Shown here: positions 24,366 to 37,239 of the stretch, piece by piece
How positions within the stretch are numbered: position 1 is the stretch's first letter
Layout: each line of letters opens with the position of its first letter
Assembly (NCBI RefSeq): GCF_009914755.1
Contig: NC_060926.1
DNA length: 64,000 nucleotides
From: the human T2T-CHM13v2.0 reference genome, Homo sapiens
Direction: 5' to 3' (one strand)
Notes under the pieces: model-generated
What the model was told of the DNA's origin: nothing
The model's database searches: none
Seen by the model: only the letters and a program-made list of their open reading frames with translations
Position numbers and translations under genes: made by a program

Positions 24366-27300
24366 ATTTCCTCTTTTCTCAGGTTGCATATCCCACCTAC
24401 CCCCTCCCGCAGTGGACTGGCCACTAGAAAGGACCCTGCAGTTTGGTCTGAGAAACAGTGGTTGGAGCTTCTGGAGACATGGTCTCTCAAACTCTACTTG
24501 CCTTGCTTATTTTTCTTAACGTGCTGTCAGCATGACACTGCCAAGTGTTCTTTCCTCATAATGACAATATTGCCCATGGCTCGTTTCTTCATAGGAGCAG
24601 AGAAATGAGTGGCCCATATACTGTTCTGCTCAAGCCCATAATTTCTGCTTTTTAAAATGTGTTTAATGAGAGGACTTGTCATTTGTGGAAAGGGGCAAAA
24701 AAAGTAATGGGCACATTTAGATTTTCCATACTAATTAGATGCTTATTCCCAGGAAAACATATGGGTTTTTAATCAAATCTCCAAAGTTTCTTGGTCTCCT
24801 GGATTAAACAACTCCCCTTCTTCCTGATCTGGCCCTGCTTTTGTTTCATTATGCAGATCTGACCTTTATTTTACAAAGGTGTTGGCACTGAGAAGACACT
24901 ATGAAAACTCTCTCTTCCCAGAGTTGAATTCAAGACACTTACCAGTCCCAGCTCTGAGCCTGGCACACACTTTTTGGCTGCCCACAGGTATTGATGCTCA
25001 TGAACACTGTCTCAGGTGGACCTCAAAGATTTTACTAGCCAAAGTTTCTTAGGCCAAAGACTATCTCCAAGCAAAAGAGTAAAATAAATTAAATCCCCAA
25101 TGGCATCCTGAGACCTGAGAGTGTCATAATGTCCCCAACTTCCATTTCATACAGTCTTTCGCATATTTTTAGCATGCAAATGGGCCATCTTTTCTTCTCT
25201 TTCTTTTATTTTTTAAGGATTCAGAAGTGGCAAAATAATTAGCATTCAGTCAGCTCAAGATGACATCCATTTACACTCTTACAAGAGGGTCAAAGTGGAT
25301 GATGCTGCCCTGCCAGAATCTTGTTTTTTTCATACAGAGGGATACAATCTGCAATATCCAAATATATGAAGACTTTGAATACCTGCGCTGGGTTATTCGA
25401 AACTCCAGTAGAAATACCACTACGGGGAAATTACTTAATCTGCTTCAAGATTTATCACCACTGTGCTCTATGCACCAGGTTAAAACAGAATACCTCAGAG
25501 AGTCCTCAGAGGGTCAGGAGTCCAAATTGCACTGCAAATATTTCACAGTGCATTACAAAGTTTTGGACAGAGCCTTTAATCCACAACATTATTAAACCCT
25601 AGCTTTGCACTGATATGCATATAAAAACATTCCGCCAAATGGATCTGCTTTACATTGCCCTCAAAATATTGCTGCAACACAGAAAAGGATAGGAACCTGA
25701 AACATTCTATGGCTCACAGGGGTACGGTTTATCAAGAGGTGAAAGAGAGTTTGTATAAAGCAAAAAAAAGGAACTATTGTGTTGGATTGATTTAAAACTA
25801 AAAATACGCTGTCAAAAAATAGATTTTTCACCTGTCAGGCAGTTATTTTTACAAATGTATGATATGGGTACTGATTAGTGAAAATGCTCTTTTCTACATG
25901 AATTATAATATAAACCTTTGCTTCCTTGCCGTTCATCTTAGAGTCCCCCCTTTTGTGCGATTCACTTGTATACTGTTTCAGTTTCTAGGGAAAAGGTTAA
26001 GAGACACATTCACTGCAAAGTAGAATTGATCTTTCGAAACCATCAAGTGGGCTTACAGTGAAAAGAGGAAGACAATGCACAGCAAAAACAAAGAAACTTC
26101 TGCACTGCACGGAGGCTGTCAGTACATAGGCACCAAATTCTCTTTTCATATAGGAAACACATGAGAACTAGCTCTCTCAACACTAGTGCTGACATTTCTC
26201 TGAAATTCTTATGACTTTGTCATCATCCCACATATTTTCAAAACAAATTGTCTAGTGTTTGTTTGCCTTAAAAACAAGATGCCATTGTCCTAAACAAGAA
26301 TGCGACTTTATAGTAAAAATGTCACTATGAAAACACAAGAAAAAAAAAAGACTCAGAGGAAATAAAAAATAGAGTCTGAGTAGCCTTTCTAAGGGCCTGA
26401 ATATTAGTGATTAAAAGTGATTTCAAAAACGACGCCAAATATATTGAAAGTCCTCTCACAAGAATACTGTGTGAATAACGATAGGATATTTAAAGGCAAT
26501 TTGTTTTTATGACACTTTTTTTTGAACTTGCAGAAATTAGTGACAACAGCAACAAAATCAAGGGCTATTGACACCTCGTAGCTGAAAAGCAGAAGCTGGC
26601 ATCATTTTGCAACCTTGTTTTCCTTGGTTACATGCAGAGGAAAAATAAAATATATCTGGCAGTTGAGAAATGGCAGAGTACTCTCTGGAAATTGTATTAT
26701 AGATTATTTACCAAATGAATTGTTTCTCTTTATTAAGATGTGAAACAGTAGCACACAGAAAAAGCAATGCAGATGTAATAGAAAACCATGAGGCAACACC
26801 ACCTCTAAACCTACTACTTTTTTAAGTAGGTTATGCCGAGCTGTGATTTTGGTGATATTCCCAGGTCTGTTTGGACAGAATCAATGACTCATGTCAAAAA
26901 GCTACCCTTCTACTCTTTTCAGAAAGTCAGAGTTGAGAAGTGATAAAATTAAGATAAGACCACACAATCTGTTCTATCTTTCTTTAAAAAAATGCATCCA
27001 AAAATTTAAAAAATGAAAAATCAGGTCATGGGATCTCACTCATTTACATAATGATGAATGGAGCATTGCAAGCGATGAGTACCTGACAATTTTTATCAGA
27101 TATATTTCAGCCTGAAACAACATACCATAGAATTCAGCTCCTAAAGGAGAGCTTTCTGAGGCAGTTTCTGTGAAGGAATGGAATGAAGGCAGGACTGAGA
27201 TGCTGGGAAACTCGGACTCCAGACCAGATTTCTTTCAAGACATCAGTGAACCTAGTGTCAGTTATTTCACCCAAGTTTCCTCAGCTCTTCCAGAAAGATT

Positions 27301-28822
27301 AGCTATGTCTATGGCCCCATCCAGCTGGAACAGTCTAATTTGTATGAGTCGTAACAATTGTAACAGACTTAATTAAACTTGCCTGTCAAATTTTATTTTG
27401 GTTGTCTTCATAAGTAATTTCTGAACACTCAGTGATCAAACTCTCTGTAGTGTTAGCTGGAGGTTTTCAGGTGGCCAAAAATACGTGTCAGCATTCACAA
27501 TAACAATCGAGATATCACTGTCCCCACTCATTTCTGTGCCTCTGTGGCTTGCTACTGAAGCATCATTGCATTCTGGGGAATAAAGATGCAGTCTCCTGCA
27601 CTCCATCTTTCTGCAGTGATCAATGCTCTGATACTCTTTGCTTTGCCAGTAATACTTGTGAAGTTAAGAGGGCTATTTGCTGAGGAGAGAGGCCACTAAA
27701 ATAGTCAGTGCTAAAAGGTAAAATAAGCCTAGAAGTTTAAGGAAATAAGAAAATAAAATACTGTCAAAGAACTATGAAGAATCAGCAAGTGAGCCACATA
27801 GGTAAAAGGAATGAATTTAAAACAAAAACAAAAAGTGTTGAGAATAGAACACATGTATAGGAGTAAGAGTGAGAAGGCAATGATTTTAAAGACAATAAAC
27901 ACACATGGCTAGGGCTAACAAATCAGAAGCAATGATTACCTTATATAAGAGCATATTCACTTAATGCATGTCCTCTTAGGTATCCATTTCCCACAGATAG
28001 CCTATCCCTGCTGCCTACAGAAAAAGGGAAAAAAGAGGCTCCATTCAAGTAGAGGATTATTAAGCAGTCATTTGAATGCAGGGGCCTATAAAGCCATTCT
28101 AAGTCATATTTTTGCTTTTTTTAATTAAAAAAGCTTTAACTCTCCCCTCCTCACTTGCAGACTGAATTGGTATGATCCAGAGAGGCAGTTATACATAAGA
28201 GCAACCACTCTCTATTGAATTAGGAGATCTCTCATGCAACACATCTCACCAATTACAAGGTAGGGATGCAATTCTATGATTTATCATACATTACACTGTT
28301 AAGTAATATAACATTATAGATACAATTTGTACCTATCTCTCTGCAGATTAGAGAGGTGGCACATGAAGAGAGGATCATTAAACACAGAGCAAGGGCAAGG
28401 GCCAAGCTCTTCTCTTTAACAAGCTGCTCCAAGTACCACCTCTCTAATCCATGAAGAGAAAAGAATAAATTGTTCCAGTAGCTTATTCCACACCGTGCTC
28501 TTTGGAGCTGGGGGTTTTATTAAAACAAAAATATATAGGAAAGCATCATTTCTTGTGGGACATAGCTCTCCCGATTTCAGAGGCTGACCATAGAACTAGA
28601 AAAGAACAACTTTGGATTTATTGGGATGATACCTCTCATTCTGAAGGTGATGAGATTCTTCATGCATGCATGAATATGGATGTATGTGTAGATGCATATC
28701 ACAATGGAGGCTGCAAATCCATAGCCCACATAAGCAGAATGCAAATTGGTACTGTGACTTAAATGAGACCAAATTATTGAAATTTGATTCCTAGATAATA
28801 TCAGTTATGCATTACATTAGGC

Positions 28823-29143
28823 CACTGATGTCCACCAAAAATGTAATGCAAGCCACATATGTAATTTTACCTAGCAGATAGATTTTAAGAAGTAAAAAGT
28901 AATGGGTGGAATTATTTTAATTTAATATTTTATCTAACCCAATGAATCCAAAATATTATCTTTCAAAAATGTAAGCAATATTTAAAAAAACATTGATGAG
29001 ATATTTTGCATTATTTTCTTCATACTAAGTCTTTGAAGGTCTGTATGTATTTTACAACTAAAGCACATCTTACTTTAAACTAGCCACATTTCAAGAGTTC
29101 AATAGCCACACATGGCTCGTGGCTACCATACTGGATAGTGCAG
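28823..29143. mobile_element. MER33 hAT-Charlie MITE
   Basis: ~321 bp, ends ..GGCTACCATACTGGATAGTGCAG. 8-bp TSD CATTAGGC / CATTAGGA. Confidence 0.9.
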
Positions 29144-30054
29144 CATTAGGAATATGTGTCTTCTGTGATTTCATGGTCTCCATTTTGGCTTTGCTGCTTG
29201 GAATTGAGTGTATTTTTCAGCCACTTTATCCAAATAAGCAGAAGTCCTCAGAAGTAGAAATTGGATGAAAATGACATTTCACTGCACTGAATATAACCCT
29301 TTTCAATTCCACTAAGATTTAGGCTCCTGCTGTTGAAAAGGTGAGCTCTTTAACCTCATCTGTTCTGTCTGTACTCCCTTTCTAAACCTGGTAAGTGTGT
29401 ACATAAATATCCACTTAGCAGATATCTCAGACTACTCTTATTAGAACAACATTTGTAATATTCTTTCCTCTATAAGTCTTCTGTATTACCACTTCCAGCT
29501 TTATTACACTCACTTAGACTCTCTTTTGTCCCGACTACACCCCTTTACAACAGGAAAATTGTATAATCTGCTTGAATGGCAGTACAATGAGGTAGGCAAA
29601 GATGTAAGGACACCGTTAGGCTGCCTCATAAACCCTCGCTTGTCTTGGGACAAGTCATTGATTTCTATTGGCAATTTCATTGTAATGTCAAACTGTAACT
29701 TGATTTCATTCTTTGCTCCCCTCTGAGGTAAACAATGGGCCAAAGAGTAGAAATAGACCAAAGGAAGCACAGCAATTAAATTACTATCAGAAATACTTGG
29801 GTAACCTGACTTGTCCAGTATCTGAGAAAACATAGGTTGGGCCCGATGCAATAACTGAAGTGCCCCCAAATTAGTATCTGTCTATGGACCTTGGAAAAAG
29901 TAATTCACCTGTGACCAGAGCTTGAGAACCAGTAAGGGAGAAATAAAAGTTATTTGGGGGAGGAGAGAGAAGGCAGAAGTTCATTGTTTCCATATTAACC
30001 TTGCTAGTTCTACTCATTAAGACATACAATTCTTACACATATGTGATTGTATGT

Positions 30055-30180
30055 TTGTTGGAAAGGCCATGAGTTCAGGAGTAAGACAGATTTGTCTTAA
30101 ATGTTTGTCTCTATTATTTATTTGTCATATGATATTGGGCAAGTTTCTTGGCCTCTATGAATCTATTTTCCCGTCAGTGG
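30055..30180 (+). mobile_element. MIR fragment
   Basis: GGAGTAAGACAGAT..ATATTGGGCAAGTTTCTTGGCCTCTATGAATCT. Confidence 0.65.
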
Positions 30181-30734
30181 TAATGGCTCAGCATGATGTT
30201 TGCCCAGCTGCAGCAGCCTACCTGTGTGCTCCTGCGACCACTGTACGCTCAGCCATACTTGAGCAAGCGAAGGACATGGTTCAATGTTTGCTCAGGAATC
30301 AGGCATATGGTAATAATGACTGAGAAGTAGGTTTCTATTTGGGTTTTAGTGTTTATAAAAAAAATAATTTTACACAACTCCATATGCTGGTACCACTGTT
30401 TTTCCAGCAAGATCTCATTCTAGGGAGCTACCTCACATATTTTAAACAATCAGTCAATCCAAAGTTCTTTGTGAATATATGTCCAATATTATGGCTAACT
30501 ACTTAGGGGATGGGTCAGTGCAGATGGTAGCAGTGTTCACATGTACTCTGTCAGGAAAAGACCCAGAATAATTTCTTCTCTGTACTCTCAATGTTCTTTG
30601 TTGTATTATAATTTGAAATTACACTAGAGTGTATTGCTCACCAGACTATGACTAGAAGCCACGATCATTGTCATTTCCATTATTTTTTTTCCAGTCCTGA
30701 GATATGATTGTTTTACAGAAGTCTCATATGCTAA

Positions 30735-30875
30735 TATATACAAATACACACACACACACTAACATACACACACATACATACATATATAAACATATATATA
30801 CACACATATGTTGTGGTTATATCTGTAAGCATTTATAGAACACCTAATTTATACATATATACATATGTATATATC
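30735..30875. repeat. (CA)/(TA) low-complexity tract
   Basis: ACACACAC..ATATATAT mixtures. Confidence 0.75.
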
Positions 30876-31889
30876 AGCATATGGAACATAATTCATTATA
30901 TTTTAACAGAACCTTACAACATTCAAGCACTTCTTTACACCATTTTATTTGAACGTCAGAGCAGCCCTGTGAAATCAGTTCAACATTGCTGTCCCACATT
31001 TAGGCTCCTGATGGATTAAGATTGTCCGATTTCACATTGCAATCCAAACCCTGTTCCTTGGATTAATGGATCCTGGATATTCATTTATAGGCCTCTGCTG
31101 GTCCTTTACAATTTTAAGTGGTCCATGTGGGCAATGCCCACGCCCTTTTGCTATTTCTTTCTTGACTAGAACTCTCCTTAAATCTAATATTGTGATTTCT
31201 TTGGCATTCAAAGATCCTTTTATATATAAAATGATGTTAATAGATGAAAGGGGCCCTTTAAAATGTACTGCCACATAAAATGTTGACAAACTTGTATCTG
31301 CCCCTTATTAAGAAGAAAAATAAAAGAAAATAAAGAAAAAACAAAGATAAATTTTTAGTGGTCAATGAAAGCACAAAGCTAGGAACCACAAAGTTAGATA
31401 AAAATGTGTTGCATGATTCTTTTGCTCAAGTATTCCACCCTTTCTGTGGAAAACAAAGCTGAGACAGGAAAGAATCAATGGGTAATAAACTAATAAAGTA
31501 TTCCAGCTGAAGGGAATTGGAGGGGAGCTAGACCAATAAGGCCTGTGGCATCAGCGGAGAAAGGAATATGCAGGGTTCAAGACAAGAAAGAATTTATTAG
31601 AAAAACATAATAGAAAAAAGAGAAGAAAACCCAAAGCACTTCAGAAAACTCTTCTTTTGCACGATTTTTGGACAACATATAAGGTTTGACTCAAGAAATA
31701 GCAAGGAAGAGGTAAATCTACTCATCTGGGAAGCAAGTATGTTGAACACATCAAGCTCGGACACCATCTTGCATGTTGCTTGTTTGCTTAGCTTTTCTTA
31801 AACATGGTTTATTCTTCTGTAAGATGGGGGAAGCTTAAACTAATAGATCTTGAAGACCTCTTCCACCTCTAAGACCTGTTACTCACACA

Positions 31890-32100
31890 ATAATAATAAT
31901 AAATCTATCATTATACTGAGTATTATCCAAGTACTATTCTAAATCCTAATAACAATGCTGCATGATAGAGATTATTAGACCATTTTACTGATGAGATAAC
32001 TGAGACCAGGAGAGTCTGACCTACCCAAGGCCATGAAGTCAGCCAAGTGGCAGACCTAGAATTTGAACCCCACTCTGCCCTTTCATTATTCTATCAATTG
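31890..32100 (-). mobile_element. MIR (with an adjacent MIR3-like fragment at ~31790-31880)
   Basis: CCATTTTACTGATGAGATAACTGAGACC..CCCAAGGCCA..AGTGGCAGACCTAGAATTTGAACCC. Confidence 0.75.
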
Positions 32101-32579
32101 CCTCTCTTCAGTCTACTCTGTCATAAAATACTTATCCAAAACCAGTTTTATAAAGAAAGACACAGCTAAACCATAAACATCTATCAATTCTTCACTGACT
32201 ACTACAAGAATAACAGAAATACTCTGGAGCTACCCACAAAGCCCCTTGTGAGCCAGAGATGACCTCAATCATCATATCCCCAATATGCAATGAGATCATT
32301 TTACCTGATGGGGATTTTTCTTTTGAGATAGATTTGCATTTAAAGCCTGATAATTATAACATAATATTCATAATATTCAAACTTGAGTCATATTTGAAAT
32401 TCCTAAACTAATACAATCATTAATACCTACTATAATATGTCTATTTGTAATTAAGCAAAGCAGAAATCCTGTCCAGGCCTGTCTCCTTATTCTCTTCCAG
32501 GGGCTTTCAAAAGACAAAAAAAAATTATTATGGCTAATGTTGTTGGATTTGATCATTGACTTCTCTTTACTTCATCATT

Positions 32580-33300
32580 TAAAATACCCAGTCGCCATCA
32601 GCCACCACAATAGCAGGAGAACTGTGGACCGTCACAAATGGTGTGACAACTGGGGATAATCCCCTGCCAAGGCAGGGGTGATAAACAAATGCAGGCCATT
32701 TAAGTCCACGGGCACCTCAGCAAAGTCCTCAGAGCTGGGGAGGGGAAGGGGAAGCCGCCTGGGAGGGCTTGGGAATTTTCTAGGCCGGATGCCTTACTTC
32801 TCTACACCTCCATCTTTAAACTGTAAAACACTTACCTGACATTCCCCTTTCTGTTGCCTGCTTTTTTGCCAACAGTTAACAAGGCCAGCATGACCTCACC
32901 GGTCTTTCCCCCCTCATTTCATGCATCACAGTTCCGTTCACCGGGCTGTAGCCTGGGGTGGGCAGGTAGGCGGGCTAGGAGCACAGGCTGTCCCCAGGGC
33001 TCTCTGGGACTTGCCTCTCACAAAGCCAGAGCGGGGCAACATGGCTGCCGGCAGTGCCAAGAAGCCTCAGGGAGAAGAGGGAACAAAGGCGGGCAGTTCC
33101 AGAGGCCAAGATTTTGATTACAGCACTTCTCGGGTTTCTTTCAGCTCACGGTCTGGGTCAGCACGCAGATCTCAACCTCCCAGTCCCAGCAGAAAGTGGA
33201 CGGTCAGGGAAGCCCTTGCCCTGAGAAGACCCTAAGCCATCTCCTGAGTTCAGGGTGGCCCTTGCAACACTTCCTAGCTCCTCTTCAATTGTCAGAGATC
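32580..33300. promoter_or_regulatory. GC/CpG-enriched segment; candidate promoter or enhancer with a minus-strand splice donor at 32830-32838
   Basis: About 16 CpGs counted by eye in ~650 bp, against a strongly CpG-depleted background. ACTTACCTG is a perfect CAG|GTAAGT on the minus strand. Confidence 0.45.
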
Positions 33301-35561
33301 ACATTAGTGCAGTTGTGAAGGTTTGACATAAGGATGAACAGAAGGGTTGTTACTGGCTAGTGAGAGGAGAGAAGTTTCCAGTCCAAAGGAGGAAAAAAAA
33401 AAATCCTCTCCTAATGAATAATGCTGAGAGTGGGGGAGGAGAGTGATGGTCTCTCTCTCTCACTTTGGCTCTATCTTTCAAGCTAAACCCACAGAGCACG
33501 GGCAGAAGAAAATAGCAACATGTCCCCATGTTGAAGAAGAAATTTTTCTGTTTTTTGTTTTAAATGTGAGTCTGTAAGGGCTCATAGTCATGTGCAGACA
33601 CATATTGTTGCTGTTTCCCAAACCAAGGACAGTCCCAGAAGGTCAGCATTCAGACACAGGCACTTCGTGGCAAAGAGTGATTCTATTGTTAAGCCTTTTC
33701 TCAGTATCTCTGTCTGCCCTCACCCTACCTCAAGCCACTATTAAAACCTTGATATCATACCACCTCCTAATGGAAGCACAGCCGCTGGTTGACTGAGGAG
33801 TGGAGTGCCGGGTAAAGCTGTGAGAATCAAGTCTGGTAATGATCAGACAGAGAGAGTGCTAAGGAGCTCCCAGATCCTGCAAGAGGTGGGGCCCAATGTG
33901 TGCCAGTGTGGGCAAGTCACCAAGAGGCCAAATAAAGGTCCTCACTTGGAAATGAAATGTTAAGCTTTCCCAGAAAATAAATTAAACAAACACAGTGACC
34001 CTTTAGATTTTATATCATTGCATTAATAGTAATAACAATAATAAAGCTGACATAGACTCACAACCTGTAATTTGTAATATTTAGCTCCATGATTCATATC
34101 TGTATAAAAGTTAAAGTATATCTTTCATTAATACCAATACAAATTGGATTTCTCTTTCTACCTCTGATTGACCCCACCCTCCACTTGTGATTAACTCTTC
34201 TGCTACCTCGTTTTCTCAGGTGCTTCCTTATTCAGTATTGAATCAAAAATCTGGGCTGTCCTTCCTGGAGGGCCCTTGAATCCTACTTAACCTGCCTGGT
34301 GTGATGTGCTCTGCAGGAGGGAAGCAATGAAGCAGAACGGGGATGATCACAAATTGAGAACTGTTCTTCCAAATAATAGAAAGGGAGAAATTAGACAAAG
34401 TGCCTTTCCATCATTTCCCCAATCCTTGTCCAATTTTGCATAAAGGATCCCTGGGAACTGTGAAAGGGAACTCTTTGCATTTGCAGAATGACCCCTAAAG
34501 AGGTCACTGTCACTCCCAAGGCCTGTGCAACCCTGGCTGGGGCTGCCTATTTCAGACTAGCCACAGGCAGACGGCAGACTGCGGTGTAGGGTAAGGAAGG
34601 TCACCGGGTTGGCCAGGGGATTCTCTCATCCAGTAGCTGTGTGTTTTGGAACCAACCTGGAAACATTAACACAAAGGCCTGCCAGTAAACTACATGGTGT
34701 TTGCATATCTTATATACACCGAAGGGATAGACAAATGCCTGGTGGAAAAAAAGGAAGAAAGAAAAATGAACTCAGCTATTAAGCAGCTATAAAGTGTTTT
34801 GCTCTCTTCCCTATTTCAAAAGCTTCCATAGCATAAATAGTGGTCAAAAGTTCAGTGAACTGTCTTGTAGTGCGGGGCTCCATTCAAACGGGGCTATTTT
34901 CTGAGAGTCTCCTGACACCATATCTAATTTCCAAAATGAATATGCTTTAATTTTCCTTCTTCATGCATTGTGCTTTTTCCTCATTTAAAACAGCAACAGC
35001 CTCTGGCAGTAAAGGACATCACATTTCTGTGTGAGATGAAGCTTTTTTCCCTGTATGCAAGGGAATGGCATGGGTCAGGGGAGAAAAAATATACGCAAAA
35101 ACAGCACACCCCACTGACCCCAGTATATTTTACATTACAATTTTGCCATTTCCAATATAGGCTCATGTTGCAATGGACCATATCAACCATATTTCAGGGT
35201 TTAAAAAAAGGGGGGGTGTAGTGTAAGGTGAGGCATTGTCTGCATACGGTATGTCCTAGTACAACGCATGAATTGCATGATCAGGATGGAGTGTCACCTA
35301 CAAAGAACATACACAGACACATACATGGCTACAGCACTCAGTGCAGAGCACATTTGCAAAATAGATACCACATGTGGATCCTGCCAATTAAAGGAAGCAT
35401 TAGGGGAATTTTTATGAATGTAGCCAAGAACAGCTAACTATTTTTAATGACATGAATGTCATATTCAATGTTTCTAAGCTCCCTTGAAAGCACCAATGTC
35501 CTACTGCCTTACTGAGAAAAGACTACAAATAGAAACTGGGCATCTTAGCAATATGATTACA

Positions 35562-35750
35562 TCTATGTATCTATCTATCTGTCTATCTATCTACACTACA
35601 CACACACACACAGAGAGAAAAAATCCTTTATATATATATATATATATGTATACACACACACACACACACACATACACACACACCTCACATATATATACAT
35701 AGATACCTAGATATCTAGATATATTTATTTCTAGATATATAGACTTCTAG
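35562..35750. repeat. Compound simple repeat (TCTA)/(CA)/(TA)
   Basis: Seen directly. Confidence 0.85.
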
Positions 35751-36084
35751 ATAGGTGAATATGTACATCTCAAAAAGACCTAAATATAGATATATATGTC
35801 TCAAAAATATAGGTAAATATACGTATATAGAGATATATGTCTCAAAAGGATCTAAATCAGAAACATATTTAAGTCATCCTTTTATAACTCAGATACCTCC
35901 TAGAACTAAACAGCTAAATAAAATGGGGATTTTACAAGATGATAATCTTTTAAAATTGGGACATGTGTAGTAATTATTCACTGTAGAACATATAAAGATG
36001 GCACGTGATATTTCTTGCTGGGTCATTCCCTGTCATGAATCATTATTGCTGCATTAAAGAATTTTTGATCAGCCAAGCCTTTGT

Positions 36085-36480
36085 CAATCAATCAATAAGT
36101 ATTTTTTGAGCAAGATATATGGTAGTTGTAAAGTAGGTATGAAGCATGGCCACTGCTTTCAAAACACTTGCAGTTTAGTAGATGAAACCAAATGAATAGG
36201 CTTGAAATCACTTGAAAATAAGCCTTGGAATTTGATATACCAGATAAATCCTTGCTACTTGATTTAGACTGGCTTATGTTGACAATAAAATGTTTAAAGT
36301 TTATAAATTAATGCTCTCTGGAATAGTCAGAGGAGACCTAATGAAAGAGGTGGCACTTCATCTGGACCTTGAAAGATGAATTAGTCAGTGGGGAAAGAAA
36401 ACAATGAAGGAAGAAGGGTTCTTTGGGCAGAGAGAACAGCACATGCAAAGACACAGAGGCTAGGAACTTAGGTATAATTT
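36085..36480 (-). mobile_element. L2 fragments
   Basis: TCAATCAATCAATAAGTATTTTTTGAGCA.. and ..GACCTTGAAAGATGAAT..GGCAGAGAGAACAGCACATGCAAAGACACAGAGG. Confidence 0.65.
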
Positions 36481-36684
36481 TGTCCACAAGTGTCATAAAT
36501 ATATAGGTACTCCAAGCAGGTACACAATACTCACAATAATGGAGTTATCTCACACACACACACAAAAGTCAGTGATCAGCAATACTGATTTGGTGCCCTA
36601 GCACCCTGGGTCCCAAGGCATTCATAAAACAAAAGGAAATGAATGGAAACTCACTTCACTGGACCCTGTCCATATGCTCAGTAA

Positions 36685-36860
36685 AGTAATCATCTCACTG
36701 AACGCCCATTGCTCCCTTGTGGGCTGTGAGCTACTGTTCCATTTCACAGATGAGGAAACTTCAGCTAAGAGAGGTGGCTGTACCAAATGTCACTTGTAAG
36801 CACTGGTGAGGGGCCCCAGCAGCCTAACTTAAGAGCTCAGGCACATTTAAACAAACCATG
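36685..36860 (-). mobile_element. MIR
   Basis: CCATTTCACAGATGAGGAAACTTCAGCTAAGAGAGGT core. Confidence 0.65.
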
Positions 36861-37239
36861 CTTTCCTTCTAAGAGGTAGTTATGAGGAGAGACAGACAAA
36901 CAAAAGCATGTATATCCTGAAAAGCCAGAAAGTAGAAACTTTCCACAAAGAGATAAATAATGGTCATATTGCAAAGCAAATGATAAAATTGGTGAACTTT
37001 GCTTTAGGAAAATCCTATTAAAATCTAAACCTATTAAATTGATATATTAGGCAGTGATTACTCATAAGATGGCAGCTCTCACCATGGGGTTACTTTAACC
37101 AGCAAGATCTCCTGGCACACTTAAAATAGGATTCCATTTACAATGAATGTCAGGCATGCTATAAAGAACAAAGTCAGTTGCCTAATACCAAAGTCTTTCA
37201 AGCTGGTTAGTTACAATATTGCCTTACATCAATCTTGCT

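Noticed and set aside
24131-24608. His/Thr-rich ORFs
   Set aside because: Produced by the (CA)n low-complexity tract.
32580-33300. Calling this a bona fide CpG island
   Set aside because: CpG density is raised relative to background but looks below standard island thresholds. Kept only as a candidate regulatory region.
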